The position numbers were made by a program, and so were the translations under genes. Shown here in pieces: positions 17,330 through 25,420 of a DNA stretch of 31,804 nt. The DNA is from Desulfosporosinus sp. (GTDB lineage: Bacteria > Bacillota > Desulfitobacteriia > Desulfitobacteriales > Desulfitobacteriaceae): the NCBI GenBank assembly GCA_016278585.1, contig JADQBO010000484.1, positions 1 through 31,804 of the forward strand, in the 5' to 3' direction. Below the pieces are notes generated by a model. That model was not told the DNA's origin. It ran no database searches and saw only the letters and a program-made list of their open reading frames with translations. The stretch's first letter is position 1, and every line of letters begins with the position of its first letter.

Positions 17330-17488
17330 TTATAAAGGTTTGACCATTTTTTTACCAGCTCCACATAACGGGCATTTCCAGGTGTCCGGCAACTCCTCAA
17401 AAGGAACACCTTTTGGTATTTTACTTTTCTTACAGCCTTTTTCCGGATTATAGATATACCCACAACTTGGCATTTGACATTGCCACAT
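17330..17488 (-). CDS. Rubredoxin (unusual CX4C first cysteine pair)
   Basis: The ORF reads MWQCQMPSCGYIYNPEKGCKKSKIPKGVPFEELPDTWKCPLCGAGKKMVKPL. It has the rubredoxin core GY.Y.P..G...G..PGT.FE.LP..W.CP.CG, but with C-QMPS-C instead of CxxC. The start could also be TTG 17506 or GTG 17518. Confidence 0.85.
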   Translation of the reverse strand: MWQCQMPSCGYIYNPEKGCKKSKIPKGVPFEELPDTWKCPLCGAGKKMVKPL

Positions 17489-17605
17489 TTTACTTTCTTC
17501 GCTCAATTCTACTCTCACCTCCGGTCAATAGTTTATCACTAAGTGATTAAAACTCCAATTAGTATTGAAAACTAAAAAGCACAAAACAAAGAATGCTTTT
17601 CTTAT

Positions 17606-17645
17606 AACGAATAGCCCTTGCCTCTAATGTCAAGGGCTATTCGTT
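17606..17645 (-). terminator. Strong hairpin after the activase gene (terminator or processing/stability element; no clear U-tract)
   Basis: AACGAATAGCCCTTG-n10-CAAGGGCTATTCGTT is a perfect 15-bp stem starting 7 nt after the stop of the 17652..18392 gene. The downstream minus-strand sequence TATAAGAAAAGC is not U-rich, so the termination call is tentative. Confidence 0.45.
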
Positions 17646-17651
17646 ATTTTG

Positions 17652-18392
17652 TTATGCAAGTAATGCCGCACCTAAAGCAACCGTCAATTCCGGCTCCGGT
17701 GGGATCACGACGTTTTCCTTTAACTCTCCCTCGAGAAAACGAACAAGGAGGCTGTAATGGGCCCCTCCCCCAGTAAAAATTAAACATTTCGGATGTCCAA
17801 CAGACTCCACAAAATTAGCAAGACGTTTTGCCGTACTTTTAAAAAGTCCCGCAATCACTTCAGGTTTGGGGATTCCTTTAGCAATCATTGTGATAACTTC
17901 TGATTCGGCAAACACAGTACACATGGAATTAATAGGCATTGGCTTAGCCTCCGCAGCTAAATCCAACTCCTCAGTCGTTAGATCTAACCCCTTCAGGATA
18001 ATATCTAAAAAACGCCCGGTCCCAGCAGCACACTTATCATTCATGATAAACTGAACGACCTTGCCCTCGGAATTTTTTCGAATAACCTTAGCGTCTTGCC
18101 CACCTAAGTCGAGAATGTACGAATCATCCGGGAAATAAGCATGACACCCTCTACTCTGGCAAGTAATTTCTGTCATTACCCGTCCTTCAGGAAAGTTTAC
18201 TCGCCCATACCCTGTGACCACAAGCTTTTTCGGTTTTTCTCCATTTTCCGCGACATAGGACTTTAGAAGAGTAAGACCTGCTTGCACGGAATCGAAACGG
18301 GAGGGTACAACTTGGCTGTATACCCGCTCCCCGTTTTGTAACACAACCAACTTTGTATTAACTGAGCCTAGATCTAGTCCAGCTTGTTTCAT
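17652..18392 (-). CDS. HgdC/BcrAD-BadFG-type ATPase (activase / ATP-dependent reductase of a radical Fe-S enzyme)
   Basis: The 246-aa ORF has the ASKHA phosphate-1 motif GLDLGSVNTKLVVL and the two [4Fe-4S]-bridging Cys contexts NDKCAAGTGRFLD and NSMCTVFAESEVI. Its ATG overlaps the upstream gene's stop (ATGA). Confidence 0.88.
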   Translation of the reverse strand: MKQAGLDLGSVNTKLVVLQNGERVYSQVVPSRFDSVQAGLTLLKSYVAENGEKPKKLVVTGYGRVNFPEGRVMTEITCQSRGCHAYFPDDSYILDLGGQDAKVIRKNSEGKVVQFIMNDKCAAGTGRFLDIILKGLDLTTEELDLAAEAKPMPINSMCTVFAESEVITMIAKGIPKPEVIAGLFKSTAKRLANFVESVGHPKCLIFTGGGAHYSLLVRFLEGELKENVVIPPEPELTVALGAALLA

Positions 18393-19675
18393 GCACGAAT
18401 CATCTCAATTAAGGCCTCAATCCGGGTCAAAAGCTGGCCTTGATCTTCTTCCGAAAAATCACTTTCCAGTCGCAAGAAGGGGATCTTTTTCTTCTCCATT
18501 TCCTTACCCACAAAATAGCTCTCTACACCATAAGGCTGGCAGAACTGGAGATTAAAATCAATCACCGCGTCTGCTTTTAAAGTTGCTGCCATAAACGATA
18601 TATCTTCCATGCGCCCTTGATTCGGGGTAAAGCAAGCGCAATTCACCTTCAATGGTCGCTTAGCAATATTAGTAAGCATATCCGATACGTTGTCTCCTTG
18701 TACAGTGATATCCTTATAATAGCGTTCTCCTGTACAGGTTTCTTCCCCAACAACGACCGCCCCAGCTTGTTCGATTAAGGCATGAAGTTTCCATGCGGGA
18801 AGCGGTTGAGGGGTTCCTGTAATAAGAATCCTTGGTGCATCTAAAGGTGCAACTCCTATCCCCTCTTTGACTCGCACATCAAGTTCATCGCACAGAAGAT
18901 TAACTTGAGCAGCGAAACGAACTGGATCATCAAAGAAGGAGAGCTGATTGATCAGTAGAACATCTAAACCGTGAATAGGTGCGGGGTTATGTTTTCTCAA
19001 GTTAGCTAATCTTTGCAGCGCTTGCCGTTTATTATTGATCTTCTCAATCCCCTGAGCAAGATTCTCAACGGTTAAGTCCACCTTGGTTTCACGTTCAATG
19101 AAAGCTGCAAACTCACGCACTTCTTGTTCCCAGAGATGGGCGTCTTTGGAATCTTTTTTTTGCGGAAGGTCCATTACATAGGTGGGAATATATTCATTGA
19201 GAATCTCCCATGCCTTTTTCTTACCATCACAGGTCGTCTCTCCAATGACCCAATCAGAAACTTGAAAATACGGGCAAATGCGGTCTAGTTTAAAGCCCAT
19301 GGTGGACTTAATTAACGGACAGAGGTTACGCGGCAGGACTTTTTCTCCCGAAGAAACTGTATACTGCGCTCCAGCACATAAACCGATACTAGCACTCCCT
19401 GTTGCTACGATAATTTCCTCTGGGACATAGACGCAAAAAGTAGAGAACACCTTAGCGCCTGCTTTTTTCATAGTATAGAGTTCGTGCACTCGAATCCCAT
19501 GAACATCTCCAACTATAGCGTCGAAATATCCCATTGCTTTAGGACGATTAGGTCGTTCTAAAAAAAGACTTGTAAAAATCGCCGGTACAGGGCCCAGAAA
19601 CTCATCATGTTTCTCTAAATCCATCCCTAGGGCTGTCCATAATTCTCTGTTATCCATTCTATTATCCACCAACAT
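18389..19675 (-). CDS. 2-hydroxyacyl-CoA dehydratase / benzoyl-CoA reductase BcrC-BadD-HgdB family protein, single subunit (double-cubane-cluster-protein-like)
   Basis: This 428-aa Cys-rich ORF has the RBS AGAGGGGAGA. Conserved-looking Cys contexts are FCVYVPEE, IGLCAGAQ, RNLCPLIKS, GETTCDGKKKAWE, EETCTGERYY and LQFCQPYGVE. It is translationally coupled to the activase, and no second catalytic subunit is present. Confidence 0.85.
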   Translation of the reverse strand: MLVDNRMDNRELWTALGMDLEKHDEFLGPVPAIFTSLFLERPNRPKAMGYFDAIVGDVHGIRVHELYTMKKAGAKVFSTFCVYVPEEIIVATGSASIGLCAGAQYTVSSGEKVLPRNLCPLIKSTMGFKLDRICPYFQVSDWVIGETTCDGKKKAWEILNEYIPTYVMDLPQKKDSKDAHLWEQEVREFAAFIERETKVDLTVENLAQGIEKINNKRQALQRLANLRKHNPAPIHGLDVLLINQLSFFDDPVRFAAQVNLLCDELDVRVKEGIGVAPLDAPRILITGTPQPLPAWKLHALIEQAGAVVVGEETCTGERYYKDITVQGDNVSDMLTNIAKRPLKVNCACFTPNQGRMEDISFMAATLKADAVIDFNLQFCQPYGVESYFVGKEMEKKKIPFLRLESDFSEEDQGQLLTRIEALIEMIRA

Positions 19676-19839
19676 TAAATTCTCCCCTCTAATTATAACG
19701 TTTTAATTATTATATATTATCACTAAATAGATATGTTTAAAAGAGCCTGTTTAGACATTGCTTACTCAAATAACCCGAAACATAGTATATACTCTCACAG
19801 AAGAGAGGGTCTTGAATCAATATAGTTATTAAAGAATTA

Positions 19840-19866
19840 AGTAGCCCGGACTAATTCCGGACTACT
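19840..19866 (-). terminator. Hairpin terminator after the Spo0E-like ORF
   Basis: The minus strand forms AGTAGTCCGG-aattagt-CCGGGCTACT (10 bp, one G.U pair) followed by TAATTCTTTAATAAC, 18 nt after the ORF's stop. Confidence 0.5.
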
Positions 19867-19883
19867 TTATGACCAATCTTTAT

Positions 19884-20054
19884 TTACTTCGTATTTTTTT
19901 TATTCAATCTATAAACTCTATTTAATAGTTTGTCCAACTCACGGCTAGATTTAATGACATCCTCGGAAGTTAGCTCTTTACATAAGGCAAGCTTATTTAA
20001 TTGATCACGTTTTATTTCAACGGCATTGAGTAAATCTAATAACTCGTCCCTCAT
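19884..20054 (-). CDS. Spo0E-family aspartyl-phosphate phosphatase-like small protein (56 aa)
   Basis: This ORF is not in the ORF track (too short) and was translated by hand: MRDELLDLLNAVEIKRDQLNKLALCKELTSEDVIKSSRELDKLLNRVYRLNKKNTK*. The RBS AAGGAAGG lies 9 nt upstream. The pattern IE..R..L......L....V...S.ELD.L matches the Spo0E-like family signature as I remember it. Confidence 0.7.
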   Translation of the reverse strand: MRDELLDLLNAVEIKRDQLNKLALCKELTSEDVIKSSRELDKLLNRVYRLNKKNTK

Positions 20055-20336
20055 CAAAATTACCTTCCTTAACGCCCAATAGGCTAAAATACAAGCTTAG
20101 AGGTATAAGGTAGATGTACCACTTGAAGAAGTGGGAGTCTTCCGAATTGGATAAAACAAGGTACCTTAGGATTAGATATAAATTATCCAGGATATATTAG
20201 GCATCACTCCTAACTCAATTTATTTACATCTTTGTAAAAATTTTATATCATTTTTTTCTAGTTTGCAAGAATGTTGTAAACCGTTGTCATTATAACCTCT
20301 ATGAGTTCATCTTAAGGATCTTCCGTGGTTGGAAAT

Positions 20337-21728
20337 TCAGTTTTTATAGGTAGCTGTAGTCTTCATATTCAAATCCATAATGACATCATACAAAGTACTA
20401 AGCTCTATGATTTTAAGATTCTTAAATCTTGTAGCATCTCTTATCGCATTTTTTGCTACATAGACACGTCTGAATCCCATTCTGTCTATTTCTCGGATGC
20501 GCGCCTCAATCGAAGGTACTTTTTTCAGTTCTCCAGTGAGCCCTACATCTGCCACAAACACGGTGTCATTGGGGATTGCTTTATCTTTGACAGATGAAAC
20601 AATACACATGATAATGGCCAAGCTTACAGATTGTTCTTTAAGTTGAAGTCCACCTGTCGTTTTGATCACTACATTTTTATCATATAGGTTAAGTTTACCT
20701 CTTTGTTCCAAGATAGAAATTAGGGTGTTTAATTGATCTCTTTTCAAACACTCTCCAATTCTAGAGGGATAGGGAGTAAAGGATTTAGATACAAGGCTTT
20801 CGACTTCCACAATAATTGGGCGTGTCCCCTCTTTGATTACGGTTAAGGCGCTCCCCGAAACCGTTTGTCCCTCTCCCCTTTGGGTCATAAAAAACTCTGA
20901 CGGATTATCAATTGATAACATCCCCTGTTCAGTCATCGAAAAAAAACCTATTTCGCCAGTGCTCCCGAACCTGTTTTTAGAACACCATGCCCCCCTTAGT
21001 TCCTCCCCATTTTCTCCATTGAGAATTAACACAGCGTCAACTAGATGTTCTAAAGCTCGGAGTCCGGCAATTTCATCGTCTTTCGTCATTTGCCCAACCA
21101 TGATCACGGCTCTGGGCCGGTTATTATTCTTAGCGATCTTTAAGAGTTCATTAGCACACTCCATCGTCTGGATCGGTGAACCAGGCCGAGAATTATGTTC
21201 TTCAAGGGTGAATGTCTGAATGCTGTCGATGATAATCAAATCAGGGTCAAGCTCTTCGATTGAGGTGAGCACATGGTTCATGCTTGTATCCGAATATATC
21301 CATATGCTACTCTTACTTCCCTTCAAGATGCGGTCTGACCTACTTTTAATTTGACTGTCACTCTCTTCGGCTGAAGCATATAAAACCTTGTAGCCCTTAT
21401 TAGAGACATCATCAGCCACTTGTAAAAGTAACGTTGATTTTCCCGCCCCAGGACGTGCTGTCAAAATAATAATCGAATCTTTAACAATACCTCCACCCAA
21501 TACTCGGTTAAATTCATTGATACTCGTGACAATTCTATCGCTATTGCCGACTAAGACCTCTGATAACATCTTTGGAGAAGTCTTTCTCTTACTTAATGAC
21601 GTCGTCGTTTTAGGTTGACTCTCTGATTCCTCAAATGTGTTCCACTCCTCACAGTTTTGACACTTGCCCAACCATTTTGGACTTTCTGATCCGCAATTAG
21701 AACACCGATAAATCAACTTAGTCTTCAT
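20337..21728 (-). CDS. radA: DNA repair protein RadA/Sms (divergent)
   Basis: The ORF has an N-terminal C4 zinc ribbon (CSNCGSESPKWLGKCQNCEEWNTF), Walker A (ARPGAGKSTLLLQ), Walker B (LIIIDSIQT), the KNRFG motif (CSKNRFGSTGEIGFFSM) and a Lon-like C-terminal domain. ATG 21728 (MKTKLIYRC) is preferred over ATG 21740. Confidence 0.88.
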   Translation of the reverse strand: MKTKLIYRCSNCGSESPKWLGKCQNCEEWNTFEESESQPKTTTSLSKRKTSPKMLSEVLVGNSDRIVTSINEFNRVLGGGIVKDSIIILTARPGAGKSTLLLQVADDVSNKGYKVLYASAEESDSQIKSRSDRILKGSKSSIWIYSDTSMNHVLTSIEELDPDLIIIDSIQTFTLEEHNSRPGSPIQTMECANELLKIAKNNNRPRAVIMVGQMTKDDEIAGLRALEHLVDAVLILNGENGEELRGAWCSKNRFGSTGEIGFFSMTEQGMLSIDNPSEFFMTQRGEGQTVSGSALTVIKEGTRPIIVEVESLVSKSFTPYPSRIGECLKRDQLNTLISILEQRGKLNLYDKNVVIKTTGGLQLKEQSVSLAIIMCIVSSVKDKAIPNDTVFVADVGLTGELKKVPSIEARIREIDRMGFRRVYVAKNAIRDATRFKNLKIIELSTLYDVIMDLNMKTTATYKN

Positions 21729-21829
21729 GTATCTCCCCATTTCCGCAAAGGAACTTTATAATTACCTTGAGAATAATAATGCCATCGTTCCATCCTTGCA
21801 ATGATTACTTCTGACTCCATGTAAAATGG

Positions 21830-21859
21830 TTTAGGGGCAATTTATGAATTGCCCCTAAA
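21830..21859 (-). terminator. Hairpin terminator after clpC
   Basis: TTTAGGGGCAAT-n6-ATTGCCCCTAAA is a perfect 12-bp stem starting 5 nt after the clpC stop. On the minus strand it is followed by CCATTTTAC. Confidence 0.65.
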
Positions 21860-21863
21860 CTGT

Positions 21864-24305
21864 TTAAATCTTGGTAAACTTTATTTTGTCATCATCTGCT
21901 ACTACACGAATTTTGTCTCCAGTTTTGAATTCTCCTTCAAGTATTTTCTCGGAAAGAGCATCTTCAATTAATCGTTGAATGGCCCGACGAAGTGGGCGCG
22001 CTCCAAAAATCGGATCATTCCCCTCTTTGGCTATCAATTCAATTGCACTCTTCTCAACCTCAAGCTCTAAGCCATTTTCACTCAAGCGCTTATTCACCTG
22101 ATGAATCAATATTTCGGAAATTTTCACTAAATGTTCTTCTTGAAGAGCATGGAAGACTACTAACTCGTCAATTCTATTTAGAAACTCGGGACGGAAGGAA
22201 CGTTTTAACTCTTCCATCACATATCCACGCATGTTTTTATAGTCAGTTTTTTCATCTTTTTTTGGTGCAAAGCCCATAGCTTCCTTTTTCAGGAAAGAAG
22301 ATCCTACATTGGAGGTCATGATTATGACAGTATTTCGGAAATCTACAGTCCTTCCCTTAGTGTCCGTTAAGCGCCCATCTTCAAGGACTTGAAGTAATAT
22401 ATTAAATGCCTCAGGATGTGCCTTTTCAATTTCATCCAACAAAACAACACTATAGGGTTTTCGTCTTACCGCTTCTGTAAGCTGACCCCCTTCATCATGT
22501 CCGACATATCCCGGAGGTGCCCCTACAAGCCGAGAAACGGCATGTTTCTCCATATATTCCGACATATCAATGCGAATCAGCGCTTTTTCATCCCCAAACA
22601 TCCCCTCTGCCAAAGCCCGTCCAAGTTCGGTTTTCCCGACCCCTGTTGGTCCAAGAAAAATGAAGGAACCAATCGGACGTTTCGGGTCTTTTAGGCCTGC
22701 CCGCGCCCGGCGTACTGCCCGGGCCACTGCTGTGACTGCATCCTCCTGCCCAATGAGTCGTTGATGAAGAATATCCTCCAGATGCAGGAGGCGTTCGCTT
22801 TCTTCTTCTGCGAGTTTTTTAACCGGTATTCCTGTCCAACTCGCTACAATTTGAGCGATATCATCCCCGGTAACCATAGCATTTTCTTTATACCGTTGAT
22901 TTTGCCATGCTCCACGTTGCTCAGCAAGCTCTGCTCGTAATTTTTGTTCTTGATCACGATACTCTGCCGCTTTCTCAAATTCCTGGCTTGAAACGGCCGC
23001 TTCTTTCTCTTTCTTCAACCGTTCCGTTTCTTCCTCTAGTAATTTTAAGTCTGGTGGTGCCGTATAGCTAGCCAGCCGAACTCGGGAAGCGGCTTCATCC
23101 ATCAGATCGATAGCCTTGTCTGGCAAGAAACGATCTGAAATATATCGATCAGACAGTTGAGCAGCAGCCTCAATTGCCTCATCCGTAATCTTAACCCGGT
23201 GATGGGCTTCGTAACGATCCCTCAAGCCGCTAAGAATCATAATTGCTTCCTTGACAGTTGGCTCACCGACCGTGATGGGTTGAAAACGTCGTTCTAACGC
23301 CGTATCCTTCTCTATATATTTACGATATTCGTCTAACGTTGTCGCCCCAATACATTGCAGCTCTCCCCTTGCTAAGGCGGGCTTTAGAATGTTTGCAGCA
23401 TCGATAGCACCTTCTGCAGCCCCCGCTCCTATCAAAGTATGCAGTTCATCAATAAAGAGAATGATGTTTCCATCCGCTCGGATCTCCTCCATAACTTTCT
23501 TTAAACGCTCTTCAAATTCGCCACGATATTTACTTCCAGCGACCATCGCTGAAAGATCTAAGGTGATAACACGTTTGTTAACCAGTATCTCCGGGACTCT
23601 ATTGCTGATAATCCCCTGTGCCAATCCTTCGGCTATGGCTGTTTTACCCACACCAGGTTCTCCTATTAGTGCAGGATTATTTTTAGTTCGGCGGCTTAGA
23701 ACCTGAATGACCCGTTCTATCTCCTTTTCCCGCCCAATCACGGGGTCTAGACGTCCTTCGCGTGCTTGTAACGTAAGGTCACGCCCAAACTCATTGAGAG
23801 CAGGTGTATTCACAGGGCCCGCATTTTTAGGTGTTGGGATAGAGTTAGGAGCTGGCATTACAGATTCATCCAATTCTCCGCCCAATAATTTAACGACCTG
23901 TTTCCATACCCTTTCAGGACTCACGTTGAGGTTCGCTAAGACACGCGCAGCAATTCCCTCTCCCTCCATAATGAGACCTAAAAGCAAATGTTCGGTTCCA
24001 ATATAATTAACATCTTGTCGGTGTGCTTCCTCATTCGCTAACTCCAAAACTCTTTTTACTCGGGGAGTAAATCCAACGTCTCCTTTGACAGGCTGACCTA
24101 CTCCGGTGACATCTTCGACCTGACTACGAATTTTAGCAAGATCTAAACCCATTCCCTTTAAGACCTGGGCAGCAATTCCTTCCCCTTCTTGAATTAGCCC
24201 AAGTAAAATGTGCTCAGTCCCTACAACTTGATGTCCCATTCGTTTGGCTTCACTATGGGCTAACGCTAATACTTTCTTTGCACGTTCCGTATAACGTTCC
24301 TTCAT
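21864..24305 (-). CDS. clpC: ATP-dependent Clp protease ATP-binding subunit ClpC
   Basis: The 813-aa ORF has Clp_N repeats ([21 protein letters not shown] and [21 protein letters not shown]), two AAA+ modules ([15 protein letters not shown]; [15 protein letters not shown]) and a UVR-like middle domain. Confidence 0.97.
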   Translation of the reverse strand: MKERYTERAKKVLALAHSEAKRMGHQVVGTEHILLGLIQEGEGIAAQVLKGMGLDLAKIRSQVEDVTGVGQPVKGDVGFTPRVKRVLELANEEAHRQDVNYIGTEHLLLGLIMEGEGIAARVLANLNVSPERVWKQVVKLLGGELDESVMPAPNSIPTPKNAGPVNTPALNEFGRDLTLQAREGRLDPVIGREKEIERVIQVLSRRTKNNPALIGEPGVGKTAIAEGLAQGIISNRVPEILVNKRVITLDLSAMVAGSKYRGEFEERLKKVMEEIRADGNIILFIDELHTLIGAGAAEGAIDAANILKPALARGELQCIGATTLDEYRKYIEKDTALERRFQPITVGEPTVKEAIMILSGLRDRYEAHHRVKITDEAIEAAAQLSDRYISDRFLPDKAIDLMDEAASRVRLASYTAPPDLKLLEEETERLKKEKEAAVSSQEFEKAAEYRDQEQKLRAELAEQRGAWQNQRYKENAMVTGDDIAQIVASWTGIPVKKLAEEESERLLHLEDILHQRLIGQEDAVTAVARAVRRARAGLKDPKRPIGSFIFLGPTGVGKTELGRALAEGMFGDEKALIRIDMSEYMEKHAVSRLVGAPPGYVGHDEGGQLTEAVRRKPYSVVLLDEIEKAHPEAFNILLQVLEDGRLTDTKGRTVDFRNTVIIMTSNVGSSFLKKEAMGFAPKKDEKTDYKNMRGYVMEELKRSFRPEFLNRIDELVVFHALQEEHLVKISEILIHQVNKRLSENGLELEVEKSAIELIAKEGNDPIFGARPLRRAIQRLIEDALSEKILEGEFKTGDKIRVVADDDKIKFTKI

Positions 24306-24370
24306 TAATAATTCATCCTTTCTTTGTTTCGAGACACGAGGTTAACCAAAGTGCTCTCGAAGTTCGATGG

Positions 24371-25420
24371 TTAGTTTCCATCATGCATCGCATTTCGAAC
24401 CATTCGAGCCCGTTCCTCATCCCGCTGGCTATGATCAAGTTCCCGGTCGAGGATGTATTGCAAACAGCCCGGCCGAGTATCAACTATTAACGTGGTAAAG
24501 CAATCCTTGGTCTTTGGTAATAGTCCCATATCCGACCCTAGTCGATCATGAGATAAAAGATGCATCGCATCTTCGGAAGAGAGTAACCGTGCATTCTGCA
24601 AGGTACCTCGAGCTCGCCAGACTTTATCTTCTAAAAGGATAGGCATTTGCTGGCGCAAGAGTTCTCTTGCCTGAAGCTCGTGCTCTACGATCTGTCTTGT
24701 TACCGCATCTAAATGAGTTAAGATATCCTCTTCACTTTTTCCGAGGGTAATCTGGTTAGAGACTTGAAAGATGTGACCAAACGCTTGAGAACCCTCACCA
24801 TACAAACCCCGTACCGCTAACCCTAAGCGGGAAACTGCGCCCAACACCTGTTGAACTTGCTTAGTCATGACCAAGCCAGGCAAGTGAACCATAACCGAAG
24901 CCCTGAGCCCTGTCCCCACATTCGTGGGACAAGCCGTCAAATATCCTTGACTTTCCCTGTAAGCAAAATCAAGTTTTGTTTCCAGGAGATCATCTAACGC
25001 TGTTGCTAAGCGGTGTGATTCTAAAAGCTGATTGCCAGGCAAAAGAACCTGCATTCTTAAATGATCTTCTTCATTGACCATCACTGCATATCGGTGATCG
25101 GGGGCCAACGCCACACCGCGCGCTCCGGTTGACCCTCCTAAATTCGGACTAATTAGATGCTTTTCTATAAGAACTTGTTGTTCAATACTAGTTAGTTCTG
25201 TTAATGATATATAGACTAACCCCTCACCATTCCCTTCCTTATCGGTTAAAACTTGGGAAACAGTTTTCTCAACCTGAGTAGCCCCTTCCTGGCTTAAGCT
25301 ATGAGGGAAAGGGAAATCCTCAAGGTTGCGTGCTAGCCTTACACGACTACTTATGACAACGGGAGATTCGGTTTCATTCATCCAGGCGCTGTGCTGTAAA
25401 AGCAACTCCTTACGAATCAC
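24371..25420 (-). CDS. mcsB: Protein arginine kinase McsB
   Basis: The ORF has a guanidino-kinase fold: SSRVRLARNLEDFPFP, NEEDHLRMQVL and TACPTNVGTGLRASVMVHLPGL. GTG 25420 follows GGGGGTGA. The track maximum is TTG 25447. Confidence 0.93.
   Translation of the reverse strand: MIRKELLLQHSAWMNETESPVVISSRVRLARNLEDFPFPHSLSQEGATQVEKTVSQVLTDKEGNGEGLVYISLTELTSIEQQVLIEKHLISPNLGGSTGARGVALAPDHRYAVMVNEEDHLRMQVLLPGNQLLESHRLATALDDLLETKLDFAYRESQGYLTACPTNVGTGLRASVMVHLPGLVMTKQVQQVLGAVSRLGLAVRGLYGEGSQAFGHIFQVSNQITLGKSEEDILTHLDAVTRQIVEHELQARELLRQQMPILLEDKVWRARGTLQNARLLSSEDAMHLLSHDRLGSDMGLLPKTKDCFTTLIVDTRPGCLQYILDRELDHSQRDEERARMVRNAMHDGN

Noticed and set aside
20114-20200. 28-aa plus-strand ORF (MYHLKKWESSELDKTRYLRIRYKLSRIY) in the AT-rich gap
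   Set aside because: The purine-rich stretch ends directly at the ATG, which is too close for an SD. The ORF coincides with a hairpin in the putative Spo0E-like leader. There is no supporting evidence.
20325-21219. Plus-strand ORFs 20325..20597 and 20833..21219 opposite radA
   Set aside because: They are antisense shadows with no RBS. I considered a toxin-antitoxin-like overlap, but nothing supports it.
19676-21863. Idea that the radA / Spo0E-like segment is a horizontally acquired island, based on base composition
   Set aside because: Spot counts of individual 60-nt lines range from about 30% to 57% GC inside radA and are similarly variable in clpC. I cannot compute windowed statistics by eye, so the compositional claim is not made and is only proposed as a test.
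21992-24006. Several plus-strand ORFs (up to 105 aa) opposite clpC
   Set aside because: They are antisense to a very conserved AAA+ gene, and their translations are Ser/Pro/Arg-rich.
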